From positions 1-54,215 of the IMG/VR virus record IMGVR_UViG_3300010151_000016: a stretch of DNA of 54,215 nucleotides; one strand, written 5' to 3'. Under the pieces are notes generated by a model. It worked only from the letters and a program-made list of their open reading frames with translations. It searched no databases and was not told the DNA's origin. Made by a program: the position numbers and the translations under genes. How positions within the stretch are numbered: position 1 is the stretch's first letter; the number at the start of each line of letters is the position of its first letter. This document shows, in pieces, positions 28,276 to 37,364 of this stretch. The DNA comes from a virus (lineage: Duplodnaviria; Caudoviricetes).

Positions 28276-31105
28276 CAGGCGTTACCGTAAGCAGGTTGCG
28301 CGAGCATACCAAGATATCTTAGGTAGAGATCCTACAGAGAAAGAGATCGAAGAGAATTATGATCTAGGTTTAGCTACTGCAAGTGAGATCGCACAGCGTC
28401 TACGGTATGTGTACAAGGTAAAGAACCGTATCGACTTTGCGTCTATCCAGTCTCCGTGCGGTCGACCTCTCCACATGGAAGAGCTTGAGGCACGCAAGAA
28501 AGCTATCGAGCGTCAACGAAGTAAGCCTATTCAGCGCATAAAGGGACACGTTTTTTCAGGTGATCCAGTTGATGAAGTTTACCGTTGGGAAAAGATTGTC
28601 CGTCAAATGTACAGAAATTACCTGCACAGAGATCCGTTAGATCCCGACAATTTAGACCTGCCCGGTTTTTGTTCTTACGTCTATGAAGATACGCGTCCTC
28701 TTCTTGACACAGAAAACGAGATAGGAAATTCTCAAGAAGCCAGAAGCCTTATTTCTTTTTCGGAAATGATCGACTCGTCCGCCGAGACTGAACCCATATT
28801 TGATGCAGAGCCAGGAAAACCTAAGCTGGTTAGTCTTCTCATATCTGCATACAAAGCAGGTAAATGGATCGAAGGGTGCGTGGCTAACGTATTAGATCAA
28901 GAACTCCCCGTTGATTGGGACATAGAGATTATAGTTGGAATCGATGGTTGTTCATCTACGTTGGCTTCCGCTAAAAACATACAAGATCCCAGGGTCAAGG
29001 TTGTTTGGTTTCCAGAGAACAACGGAACCTATATCACATATAATTCTATTGTCCCTTATTCTCGTGGGTGCTTACTCGTCCGACATGACGCAGATGATCT
29101 TATGGGAGAAGGACGTCTGCTAATAATGATCGAGGAATTCCAACGAGACCGAGAACTTGGATTAGTGGGAACTTGGTATACTAACTGTGATGAAAACATG
29201 GTACGGCATCCATTGCAGTCAAAGGGGCGGTGCGCAGATGGCGTATTTATGTGGCGACGGTCTGTATGGATTGGAGTTATTGGCGGCTACAGGGGATGGC
29301 GGTGCGGTGCAGACACCGAGGCATTAGAACGTGCAAAGTATTTGAGAATCAGATCAAAGTGCATCAAGGATAGTGACTTGTATTTCCGTAGAATACATAG
29401 TAACTCACTAACCAGATCACCAGATACGTATCTAGCACACTCCAAAGGCCAGTCCGAACGTGGACCAGAGAGACATAAAAGTGCCCTTTGCTTGCTTTGG
29501 TTGGCGATGAAATATAAGAAGGGCTTAGAAACACCTAAGAGAGTAGAACCTAAAAAAGTTGAAGGTATTGTTTTTGGCTTCGGCTCCACCAGGACAGTGC
29601 TGGACACTATAACAGTTTCGCTCGCCAGTATTCCTGGAAGACGCGACACGCTTGAAAAAGTTGTAGCGTGTCTTCTTCCTCAAGTTGATCAGCTAAACGT
29701 CTACCTCAATAATTATCCAGACGTGCCTGAATTTCTATCTGCTGATAAAATAACTGTAGCTAGGAGCCAAGATCACGGAGACCACGCGAACCTAAGTAAA
29801 TTCTTTTGGATGGACGCGGCGCAGGGTTATTATATGACATGTGACGATGACATATTATATCCTAGTGATTACGTGGCAAAAACAATCGAAGGAATAGAAA
29901 GGTACAATCGTAGAGCAATTATTAGTTGGCATGCCTCAACACTTACAAAAGACTTCAGTAATTATTATAGAACCGCTACCCCGAAAACTCATGTTCCTTC
30001 GCGTATAGTGGACTGTTTTCATGGATTCAGTGGCGAAGACAAGGCTGTTCATGTCCCAGGCTCGGGTACATTAGGCATGCACACAGACCTAAAACTCCTC
30101 ACCCGAGATTCTTTTAGTGAGAGTTACCTAACTGATGTTGACATAGGACTCTTAGCACAGCGTGCCAGTGTCCCGATAATCACACCCAAAAGGGATAAGG
30201 GGTGGATTCCCGAAGGGCCAAATGATGCGGTGTCTTATTGGACGCGAGGAAGAGATGGAGAGTTTTCAGAAACGAACTCATATGTGTCTGATTTCCCTTG
30301 GAGAACGACACACACAACTGATCATGTTATCTCCGTGATAATTTCAGCGTGGCAAACAGAAGCGTGGGTAGAAGACGCGGTGCGCTCCGTATTAGCGCAA
30401 GACTTACCTGATGGTTGGAAAATAGAAGTCCTGTTAGGAACAGACGGGTGTGAATCGACCAAGGTAGCATGTGAGCCTCTTTATGCTGATGATCGAGTTG
30501 GCATAGTCCACTTTGACGAAAACAGAGGAAGCCCGGTTGTCTTCAATGATCTACTTTCTATTTGTTCAGGTGAACTGGTTTCAAGACATGACGCAGATGA
30601 TCTCATGTTGCCTGGAAGACTATCTTTAATCATCAAAGCCTTTGAGGACCAAAATGTAGACCTCGTCAACACTTTTTGGATTGACGGTCCTGAAGGAGAC
30701 AGCAGACCAGCAAAAGTGAAAGGAGGAAATTCCAAAGAGTTCCCGCAACCTCCAGCAAACGGAGTGTGGACTTGGAGACGTGAGGCAATTGAGAGACTAG
30801 GCGCATTTGATGATTGGCGCGTAGCTGAAGACGCAGAACTTCTTATGCAAGCAGACTTAGCTGAAATGAAAAGAGAGGTTATACCTCAACCGTTATACTT
30901 CCGACGCAGACACGCAAACAGCATTATTCATCAACAGGAAACATGCCCAACTAGCGAATACATGAAAGAAAAGCTCGCCGAACTTGAGAGACGCAAAAAG
31001 AACAAAATAAAAAGACCTCCATTTGTTCCCAAGAAAGTTCGGGGGGAATTCCGTGGCCGTCTTTGGGAAGGCGCTGTCATTATCGACGGCACTAAGTTTG
31101 AGTGA
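28265..31105 (+). CDS. Multidomain glycosyltransferase: DUF4214-like repeats plus GT2, GT-A and GT2 domains
   Basis: Repeats AYQDILGRDP and MYRNYLHRDP. Two paralogous GT2 domains (S-LISA...DGC...RHDADD...LYFRR-H) flank a third GT-A domain (SLASIPGR...TCDDDILYP). AAGGAG SD favours ATG 28265. Confidence 0.88.
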   Translation: MTIDRRYRKQVARAYQDILGRDPTEKEIEENYDLGLATASEIAQRLRYVYKVKNRIDFASIQSPCGRPLHMEELEARKKAIERQRSKPIQRIKGHVFSGDPVDEVYRWEKIVRQMYRNYLHRDPLDPDNLDLPGFCSYVYEDTRPLLDTENEIGNSQEARSLISFSEMIDSSAETEPIFDAEPGKPKLVSLLISAYKAGKWIEGCVANVLDQELPVDWDIEIIVGIDGCSSTLASAKNIQDPRVKVVWFPENNGTYITYNSIVPYSRGCLLVRHDADDLMGEGRLLIMIEEFQRDRELGLVGTWYTNCDENMVRHPLQSKGRCADGVFMWRRSVWIGVIGGYRGWRCGADTEALERAKYLRIRSKCIKDSDLYFRRIHSNSLTRSPDTYLAHSKGQSERGPERHKSALCLLWLAMKYKKGLETPKRVEPKKVEGIVFGFGSTRTVLDTITVSLASIPGRRDTLEKVVACLLPQVDQLNVYLNNYPDVPEFLSADKITVARSQDHGDHANLSKFFWMDAAQGYYMTCDDDILYPSDYVAKTIEGIERYNRRAIISWHASTLTKDFSNYYRTATPKTHVPSRIVDCFHGFSGEDKAVHVPGSGTLGMHTDLKLLTRDSFSESYLTDVDIGLLAQRASVPIITPKRDKGWIPEGPNDAVSYWTRGRDGEFSETNSYVSDFPWRTTHTTDHVISVIISAWQTEAWVEDAVRSVLAQDLPDGWKIEVLLGTDGCESTKVACEPLYADDRVGIVHFDENRGSPVVFNDLLSICSGELVSRHDADDLMLPGRLSLIIKAFEDQNVDLVNTFWIDGPEGDSRPAKVKGGNSKEFPQPPANGVWTWRREAIERLGAFDDWRVAEDAELLMQADLAEMKREVIPQPLYFRRRHANSIIHQQETCPTSEYMKEKLAELERRKKNKIKRPPFVPKKVRGEFRGRLWEGAVIIDGTKFE

Positions 31106-31623
31106 CTAAGATGCTAATTACATTTTCAGACTTCCTAAGTAAGCAGAAATCCGATCCATACTGGAGAACAGAAAAGTGGGAACATATATCTGCAACGTTA
31201 GATGTCCTCCGTAGTCTTCGAATAGATAACTGGAAATCACTGGAAATCGGAACAAGAGGTCTTAGCTTGATAAAGACAAGTGTTGTCATGGACAAGCGAC
31301 GAACTTGGTCGCCTGACATAAGACATGATGCATCGAACATACCTTGGCCGTTTGCGGATAAGCAATTCGATATAGCTATAGGTTTGCTGGTCTGGGAACA
31401 CGTCAGAAATAGAGACGCAGGCGAAGCGTTCAAGGAACTTATGCGCGTGAGCAATTCAGCTATCTTGAGCTTCCCGTACAGGTGGAACGATGTACCAAAA
31501 GAAAACTGCCACCACAAGATCAGCATGAAAGATATACGAAAGTGGACTTGTAATGTTCATCCGACACAAGTTGTGATTGTCGGCGACAAAAGAAAAAGTC
31601 TCATTTGCCATTGGGTGTTCTAA
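31102..31623 (+). CDS. Class I SAM-dependent methyltransferase-like protein
   Basis: SLEIGT, then PWPFADKQFDIAIGLLVWEH and AFKELMRV. Confidence 0.75.
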   Translation: MTKMLITFSDFLSKQKSDPYWRTEKWEHISATLDVLRSLRIDNWKSLEIGTRGLSLIKTSVVMDKRRTWSPDIRHDASNIPWPFADKQFDIAIGLLVWEHVRNRDAGEAFKELMRVSNSAILSFPYRWNDVPKENCHHKISMKDIRKWTCNVHPTQVVIVGDKRKSLICHWVF

Positions 31624-32459
31624 TGAAAGTTGCTATGACTAGGAATAAGAGGCTTGTACATAGTCTCAAAGAGCTAAGGACCATATCAGATAAGGAAGAC
31701 ACTAAGTTTGATTATGTCAGCGAGAATTTTACGTATCAATGTCTGTGGAGACCTCATTGGACAGGTGAGCATGATCGATTATTTGTCTTATTTCACGGAG
31801 CCCAAGTGCGTACTGAGAACGGCCCTTATTGGCCTCGCTGGTCTTGGGACTTTCCCGGCGATGTTCTAGCTATATCCGATCCTACGCTAGATATTAGCCT
31901 GGACGAAGATATGACGATTACTTGGTATGCTGGTTCATTTGGAGAGTACGCGCTGGAGAAGATAACAAGAATAGTTAAGAGCGTAGCAAAATACAAAAAC
32001 ATACAGGAAAAAGATATCGTGTTTTATGGTTCGTCCGGTGGAGGGTTCGCTGCAATAGCTGCGTCTAGGTACATACCGAATTCCTTAGCTGTTAGCATAA
32101 ACGGTCAGACTGACATACTCAAGTATTACTCTGGACCTGGAAGCCGTTTCCAGGCCCTCGTGAGAAACGTCTTCCCTGGGTTCTCTGTGCAATCTGCATA
32201 TGAGAAATATTTCGAACGATTCAATTTAGTGGAAACGTATAAACCGAGAGAAGGTCGCATTTTATACGTGCAAGATAAGCTGGACACACATCATTATGAG
32301 AATCATTATCTTCCCTTTATGCGCAGGCATTCAGATTCCGTGGAAGCGGTTCTATTTGAAGACGGACGCCACGGAGGAGAACTTGGAAACACCAATGATG
32401 AAAAGAAAGAATGGGCAAAGAAGAATTTGTTCCCCCGTATAATCGAAATGACAGAATAG
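31623..32459 (+). CDS. Alpha/beta-hydrolase-fold protein (possible sugar O-acyl transferase or esterase)
   Basis: LFVLFHGA, ISDPTL, nucleophile elbow FYGSSGGGFAA and NGQTDI. TAATG coupling to the upstream gene. Confidence 0.75.
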   Translation: MKVAMTRNKRLVHSLKELRTISDKEDTKFDYVSENFTYQCLWRPHWTGEHDRLFVLFHGAQVRTENGPYWPRWSWDFPGDVLAISDPTLDISLDEDMTITWYAGSFGEYALEKITRIVKSVAKYKNIQEKDIVFYGSSGGGFAAIAASRYIPNSLAVSINGQTDILKYYSGPGSRFQALVRNVFPGFSVQSAYEKYFERFNLVETYKPREGRILYVQDKLDTHHYENHYLPFMRRHSDSVEAVLFEDGRHGGELGNTNDEKKEWAKKNLFPRIIEMTE

Positions 32460-32460
32460 C

Positions 32461-33288
32461 TTATTTTCTGTAGTGCTGTTCTAGTAGCTCGCATATTCCG
32501 TCTATCGACGGCTCAATTATCTTTATGCCTGGAGGTATGTCTTCTTCAGTCTTTTCTACGTCCAATATATCATATGTCGTTACCTTATCGTAGTTGTGGT
32601 ATTTGCAAAATGCGTCTCTCAAGTCGTGCAATCCGATCTTGTAACATTTCTCGACAGTGAATACGTCAGGATTACCAATTGAATCAATCAGTCTCTCGGT
32701 TACAACCGTTATCGGAGTGAAGTATCTTATCGCATCATTACCTCCAACAGTGATTGAGTCGCCGTCAATTCTTTGCTTATCCCAAATATCTAATACGCTA
32801 CCAGTGGAAAATAAGAAGTTCACTCCCCTAAATACGCCGAAACCCGACTCTTGGAAGAGTCTTTCCGCGAGGCACTTAGTCATGCCGTATACACACGAAG
32901 GGTTTATTGCCTTGTCGGTACTGATTAGTATTGCGTTTTTTACGTCGTGTCTTGTCGACGCCTCAACTATGTTAGCACTGCCGAGTAAATTTACCTTGAT
33001 GGACCTAGTCGGATTTCTCTCACAAATCCCAACGTGTTTTACTGCGCCAGCATGGATAACGTAGTCGACAGAGTGATCCTTCATTATTTGATGTATTTTA
33101 TGTCCGTCGCAACCAAGGTCAAAAGTGTAAATTTGTATAGCGCCCTTGAACGTTCGATTAAATTCTTCTGCACGTACCTCTGAATTTCCTGTGCCGACTA
33201 CAAGATAATCCAGGTCGAGCAACGCCTTGCACAAATGTCTGCCTAGGAAGCCCGTCGCACCTGTCACCAGAACTTTTTTCTCTGTCAT
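32461..33288 (-). CDS. NAD-dependent nucleotide-sugar dehydratase/epimerase (CapD/PseB/FlaA1-like)
   Basis: VLVTGATGFLG, HAGAVKHV and ISTDKAINPSCVYGMTK (YxxxK). Start set at MTEKKVLV (33288), 5 nt after a minus-strand ATGTATAA motif. Confidence 0.9.
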   Translation of the reverse strand: MTEKKVLVTGATGFLGRHLCKALLDLDYLVVGTGNSEVRAEEFNRTFKGAIQIYTFDLGCDGHKIHQIMKDHSVDYVIHAGAVKHVGICERNPTRSIKVNLLGSANIVEASTRHDVKNAILISTDKAINPSCVYGMTKCLAERLFQESGFGVFRGVNFLFSTGSVLDIWDKQRIDGDSITVGGNDAIRYFTPITVVTERLIDSIGNPDVFTVEKCYKIGLHDLRDAFCKYHNYDKVTTYDILDVEKTEEDIPPGIKIIEPSIDGICELLEQHYRK

Positions 33289-33293
33289 CTTAT

Positions 33294-33301
33294 TTATACA
33301 T
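33294..33301 (-). promoter_or_regulatory. ATGTATAR motif copy (candidate late promoter, leftward)
   Basis: The minus strand reads ATGTATAA-ATAAG-ATG, which contains TATAAATA. Confidence 0.6.
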
Positions 33302-33326
33302 GAGGACCAATCCAATCTTTTTTGTG

Positions 33327-33334
33327 ATGTATAG
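33327..33334 (+). promoter_or_regulatory. ATGTATAR motif copy (candidate late promoter, rightward)
   Basis: ATGTATAG-GGC-ATG (33338), back-to-back with the leftward copy. Confidence 0.65.
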
Positions 33335-33337
33335 GGC

Positions 33338-33604
33338 ATGGATACCAATATGACGCTCGGCTTGGGTGAGGCCATCGCTCGCTTGGTGCGTATTGAAACT
33401 CTGCAAACGCGAGGTCTTCGTCCTACAGAAGAAATGCGGGCTGAGGCTCAAATGATCGTAGACGCATTGAATCAGTATACGCTAGATCTCAATTTCGCTT
33501 GCAGCATAGAAGTCGCGCCTGATAACGGGATCGGCATTTTCGAACAATCAGTCGCGACGTCGTGTTGTAGGTTAGTGTCTACGTCAGACACAAGTCGTGG
33601 TTAG
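33338..33604 (+). CDS. Hypothetical protein
   Basis: Starts 3 nt after the motif; plausible composition, Cys-containing C-terminus. Confidence 0.65.
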   Translation: MDTNMTLGLGEAIARLVRIETLQTRGLRPTEEMRAEAQMIVDALNQYTLDLNFACSIEVAPDNGIGIFEQSVATSCCRLVSTSDTSRG

Positions 33605-33616
33605 GGGAAAAATAAA

Positions 33617-33892
33617 ATGTTACTACAATTACTCATCGCTTACGCAATCTGCTTTGGTATACAGCACAAAGTTCCTGTACTCCGTGGCAAACTCAAGTTA
33701 CTGGATGACATGCTTACATGCACTTACTGCACAGGATTTCATGCAGGTTGGATGACGTGGGCATTTATTCATCTTAAGATACCGACCAATGCGACAGACG
33801 GATGCAATATGCTGGCTTGGTGCTTCGCATCTGCTGCTTTTTGTTACGTGCTTGATGCGGGTGTTCAATTCTTAGAAAGAGGTTCAAAATAA
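33617..33892 (+). CDS. Small membrane protein, DUF1360-like
   Basis: Hydrophobic helices around LTCTYCTGFHAGW (CxxCxxxW-type motif). Confidence 0.6.
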   Translation: MLLQLLIAYAICFGIQHKVPVLRGKLKLLDDMLTCTYCTGFHAGWMTWAFIHLKIPTNATDGCNMLAWCFASAAFCYVLDAGVQFLERGSK

Positions 33893-34191
33893 TGGCAGGA
33901 AAATCAATTCCGTTGCTCGAAGAAGATAAGCAGAAAATACTGGGGTGTGCTGCAAAGCTCGACAAAGCTAGAAGCAACGCATGGGCGGCAGAGCGAGTCG
34001 CAAAGCAACGCGGCGAAGAAGGTGTGAATGCAGCAGTGGCCGAGCTACAGGACACCCTGAAAGCGTTAGCTGATGAATACTTAGCAGACGAAGAAGATCG
34101 TGATTCTTGGAGCATCAATCTCGATGAGATGGAATTCAGGCAACCGGAACCAAAAGCGGAGACGGGGGCTGATGAAGAGACGGACGAATGA
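33892..34191 (+). CDS. Hypothetical acidic helical protein
   Basis: AGAGG SD, TAATG coupling. Confidence 0.65.
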   Translation: MAGKSIPLLEEDKQKILGCAAKLDKARSNAWAAERVAKQRGEEGVNAAVAELQDTLKALADEYLADEEDRDSWSINLDEMEFRQPEPKAETGADEETDE

Positions 34192-34844
34192 CACATTGTG
34201 TCACAATTCCTCGGGGTTCAATAGAGCGTATTGAAACAGCCCCTTTGTTCCTTGGAACATTGATGCTCACAGGACAGACGAATGTCCTTGTTTCGATTCG
34301 GCGACGTTCTGATGATGCTTGGCTAGATTTTGATGATGGTGCGTTCAAAGCTGCGGGCTGGACGACTAGGCAACAAGCTATGACCGAACTAGATGCAACG
34401 AACGACGCGGGTGTCTATTACTATAATTTTTCGACGGCGGGTCGCGACGATGATGTTTATGAAGTTCGCATTGAGCACGCGACAGCCTCAAACGCGCCTC
34501 AGATTGGGGAGATAAAGATAAGTGTAGATCGAGATGAGGTTTATCAATCGTTCACATACGACTCTACATCAAACTCAATTATAGCAAATATTTGGCTGGC
34601 AGATAGATCTCTGGATCTAGTAAATCAATCAAATGCGACACTGCGTCTTCGTGATTCTTCAGGAACACAATTAGCTGCGCCTTCTGCTGTTGCTGCGGCT
34701 GATGCACAAGGTGTGTTTCGCTTCAGCTTCGCGAACCCTGGATTAGCACTCGGCGATACTGCAACATACTCGGAAGCCAGCATCGATTATGCTGGGACAA
34801 CAATTCGGGGGATAGTAGGTGTCACGTTCAGCCGCGCTGTCTAA
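34188..34844 (+). CDS. Putative virion structural protein (beta-sandwich-like)
   Basis: WLDFDDGAFK...MTELD...GVYYYNF pattern seen in phage structural proteins; ATGA coupling. Confidence 0.6.
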   Translation: MTHCVTIPRGSIERIETAPLFLGTLMLTGQTNVLVSIRRRSDDAWLDFDDGAFKAAGWTTRQQAMTELDATNDAGVYYYNFSTAGRDDDVYEVRIEHATASNAPQIGEIKISVDRDEVYQSFTYDSTSNSIIANIWLADRSLDLVNQSNATLRLRDSSGTQLAAPSAVAAADAQGVFRFSFANPGLALGDTATYSEASIDYAGTTIRGIVGVTFSRAV

Positions 34845-35073
34845 AACTGTTTGGGCGATATTAGCGATATTAAACAGGGATAGAGAGATTTCCGTTTTAC
34901 ATCTCGCAGGAACAGTAGGATTGAGTAGAAACGACGTCTTAGACGCGATCTCTAGGATGGTTGATGCAAAGTGGATCGTTGTTACGGAGTACATTACCAA
35001 TGGCACATCATACGCAAGTAGAATTAGAATCACAGCCGAAGGGAACAGAGTGTGGAGAGTTAACCGACGTTGA
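34819..35073 (+). CDS. Small winged-helix-like DNA-binding protein
   Basis: ISVLHLAGTVGLSRNDVLDAISRMVDAKWI...IRITAEG resembles a MarR/wHTH pattern. Confidence 0.55.
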   Translation: MSRSAALSKTVWAILAILNRDREISVLHLAGTVGLSRNDVLDAISRMVDAKWIVVTEYITNGTSYASRIRITAEGNRVWRVNRR

Positions 35074-35200
35074 GTATGTCGGTTGGGACGGAGACGATCT
35101 CGTGCTCGGATTCACTGACAGTCATGTCTTACGAATACGAGACATAAGACTCGCCGTAAAGATCGGACTCGACGCACAAGAACAGATCGCACATGCCTAA
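34961..35200 (+). CDS. Possible small hypothetical protein (true start uncertain, probably later)
   Basis: The 3' half (DVEYVGWDGDDLVLGF...) fills the gap 35073-35193. Confidence 0.35.
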   Translation: MMQSGSLLRSTLPMAHHTQVELESQPKGTECGELTDVEYVGWDGDDLVLGFTDSHVLRIRDIRLAVKIGLDAQEQIAHA

Positions 35201-35576
35201 CAGTCGCCAGAACGCCTCAAGCACGCGGATCACGATCAAGGTAACGCCCTTGACTAGCGGTGTTACGCCTGGACATGAGACACTACCCGTTCGACGGGTG
35301 CGGGATCGATTGAGGATCGCGATGCCTGTGACGGTCACGCCCTTATCTGACGTACAACGTGATTCTATTGAGGGCACAGGTGCATTCGTGCGGGGCCTCA
35401 TGCATCAAGTCGTAGAGATCTGGCCCTCGGTTTCTATAGCCGCTCCCCCGATATCTGGCAGTGGTAGCGGTGGTGGCACTGCACTAAGACGAGACCAAAG
35501 CAGGACAAATATCAGTAAAGATCGAAGCAGGACAGTCATTCGACCGACGCGGAAGCCATTCAGGATCAATGTATAG
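35193..35576 (+). CDS. Hypothetical basic protein
   Basis: Continuous ORF whose stop codon lies within the next ATGTATAG motif. Confidence 0.55.
   Translation: MPNSRQNASSTRITIKVTPLTSGVTPGHETLPVRRVRDRLRIAMPVTVTPLSDVQRDSIEGTGAFVRGLMHQVVEIWPSVSIAAPPISGSGSGGGTALRRDQSRTNISKDRSRTVIRPTRKPFRINV
35569..35576 (+). promoter_or_regulatory. ATGTATAR motif copy (candidate late promoter)
   Basis: ATGTATAG-GTC-ATG (35580). Confidence 0.65.
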
Positions 35577-35579
35577 GTC

Positions 35580-36458
35580 ATGCCTGTAGTCAATTCACAA
35601 CCTATCGAGCTAATTCTCAAAGGGACCACAGAGCGCGTCGATATACTGGTCACAGACGAATCTGGGGTTCCCGTCGATGTGCAAGCGGGAGGGACACTTC
35701 AACTCACGCTTATGGACCTCACCGAAACTGTCCTCGTTTCTGACGACTTCCTCACGCCTCCTGCCGGGGGAACGCAGATTGTAAAACCAGCCGGGACTAC
35801 AGGACAGTATTACTTCAATTTTGGCTCAGAAACGCCTGTAAAGAACGTTACCACAACGCAGGGTGACTATTTGTTCCACTGGAAGATCGCCATAGACGCG
35901 ACATCGGAGTCAATCAACGTAGTTCAAACAGCGAGAGTGGTTTCTGCGCTTACAATGAGCCTTATCCCTGATTTTCGGTTACTTATCGATAAATCAGCTA
36001 AGCTAGTAGATGACAATCCAACAGATCCAGTGTTTTTGGGCTACACGGATTCGCAACTCATCTCATATCTCATGGGCGGACTCGGCATCATCAACGCATA
36101 TCCAGTCGGAGTCCTGTGGAGCGGACTAGACAACTTCCCTAGTCAATACTTCAAGCAAATTCTATTCGATTCGGGCTTGCTCGTCGGCGTAATGTCTCAA
36201 GAGCTTTTTGCTATTGATACCGATGTCGATAATTGGTCAGATCAAGGAAATACCTTCACGATTAGTCACCAACCCAAGCTCGCTTCTTTCCTAAACACGC
36301 TTTCACAACGCCTCGACAAAATCATACCTCTCATGAAACGACAGTGCATCCGAGACGGAGCAATTCGACTCGAAATGGGTCCGAATTTCCGTCTCGCACA
36401 ACTCGTAGCCGCTGCGCCTACTGGTGCGCTCTTCCGAAACGTATGGTTCAAGGGCTAA
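35580..36458 (+). CDS. Putative head-tail adaptor / neck protein (N-terminal beta-sandwich, C-terminal helical domain)
   Basis: Lies between head and tail genes. FRLLIDKS...GYTDSQL...IINAYP...NWSDQG resembles adaptor proteins of large myoviruses. Confidence 0.6.
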   Translation: MPVVNSQPIELILKGTTERVDILVTDESGVPVDVQAGGTLQLTLMDLTETVLVSDDFLTPPAGGTQIVKPAGTTGQYYFNFGSETPVKNVTTTQGDYLFHWKIAIDATSESINVVQTARVVSALTMSLIPDFRLLIDKSAKLVDDNPTDPVFLGYTDSQLISYLMGGLGIINAYPVGVLWSGLDNFPSQYFKQILFDSGLLVGVMSQELFAIDTDVDNWSDQGNTFTISHQPKLASFLNTLSQRLDKIIPLMKRQCIRDGAIRLEMGPNFRLAQLVAAAPTGALFRNVWFKG

Positions 36459-36697
36459 ACAAGAACTACTGCCTTATATGCAAAAAGCCAAAAGCTAAAC
36501 GAGCGAAATACTGTTCACCTAGTTGCTATCATCAATCACTTCGCGTCATCAACTGGCCTTCATGGGAATCACTTCAACTTCGCGTATTCGCTACTTCTTA
36601 CAGGCAAGTAGCTAAAGAACTTGGCGTTAAGTATTCAACACTCGTGTCTTATGCACGACGGAAAAGAGATGAAAAAAGAAAAACCTTGGGGCCATGA
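36443..36697 (+). CDS. Zn-finger plus helix-turn-helix protein
   Basis: CLICKK...YCSPSC, then WPS...SYRQVAKELGVKYSTL. Start set to ATG 36443. Confidence 0.6.
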   Translation: MVQGLNKNYCLICKKPKAKRAKYCSPSCYHQSLRVINWPSWESLQLRVFATSYRQVAKELGVKYSTLVSYARRKRDEKRKTLGP

Positions 36698-37001
36698 GAT
36701 TATTTGGGCACTTACAGACAAATACGCAGGTAAAATTCTTTCTATCAAAGGGGGCAAACGTCTTTCGCTTCAATACCACGAGAAGAAAGACGAAACTGTG
36801 TACGTCCTTTGGGGCAAGATGGAGCTTCAATTAGGAGAGAATAAAACTGTCTTATTGCCAGGTGATTTTCGTCGAATAAAGGCTGGACAAGTCCATCGCA
36901 TGACGGCCATTACTGACGTTATCTGCATAGAGGCGTCTACGCCAGAGGTCGATGATGTCGTGCGACTTGAAGATGACTATAATCGACTTGACAGTAATTA
37001 G
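36669..37001 (+). CDS. Cupin protein (mannose-6-phosphate isomerase type II-like)
   Basis: KPWGHE...RLSLQYHEKKDET...VHRM...EASTPEVDDVVRLEDDY. Confidence 0.85.
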   Translation: MKKEKPWGHEIIWALTDKYAGKILSIKGGKRLSLQYHEKKDETVYVLWGKMELQLGENKTVLLPGDFRRIKAGQVHRMTAITDVICIEASTPEVDDVVRLEDDYNRLDSN

Positions 37002-37016
37002 ACTGTCAATTAGCGT
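36988..37016 (+). promoter_or_regulatory. Sigma70-type promoter overlapped by a perfect 8-bp inverted repeat (candidate operator)
   Basis: TTGACA (36988), 17-nt spacer, TAGCGT (37011). Palindrome TTGACAGT-N6-ACTGTCAA spans 36988-37009. ATG 37023 falls at the expected +1. Confidence 0.6.
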
Positions 37017-37022
37017 TCATGC

Positions 37023-37364
37023 ATGTCACACACCGTTTTTCCTCACGACCTAATTGCTTATTCAGAAGACGACATGAACCTCATACGAGAATCACTAAAC
37101 AACGGCTTGTCGTATCGAGATCTCAAGGACATTGGTTACCCAACGTCGGTCACGCGCAAGGCGAAAGACGGCGCACACATGAGTTTTGTGCGGGGCGTAC
37201 TTCCCGCAGCGAAGCGGATTGGTGTATCCCCAGAGACTTATGTTGCGTATCGCCTTCTCGACTATTGTTGGTGCTGGCGTGCTCGCCATTGGATTCATGA
37301 GAGCGATAGGGCTATTGGTGCAGACTATTGCCGTGCATGTGACGTCCGTAGGAAGCGTGTATGA
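37023..37364 (+). CDS. Hypothetical protein with a C-terminal Cys/His cluster
   Basis: WCWRARHW...YCRACD. Directly follows the promoter and is ATGA-coupled to the next gene. Confidence 0.6.
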   Translation: MSHTVFPHDLIAYSEDDMNLIRESLNNGLSYRDLKDIGYPTSVTRKAKDGAHMSFVRGVLPAAKRIGVSPETYVAYRLLDYCWCWRARHWIHESDRAIGADYCRACDVRRKRV

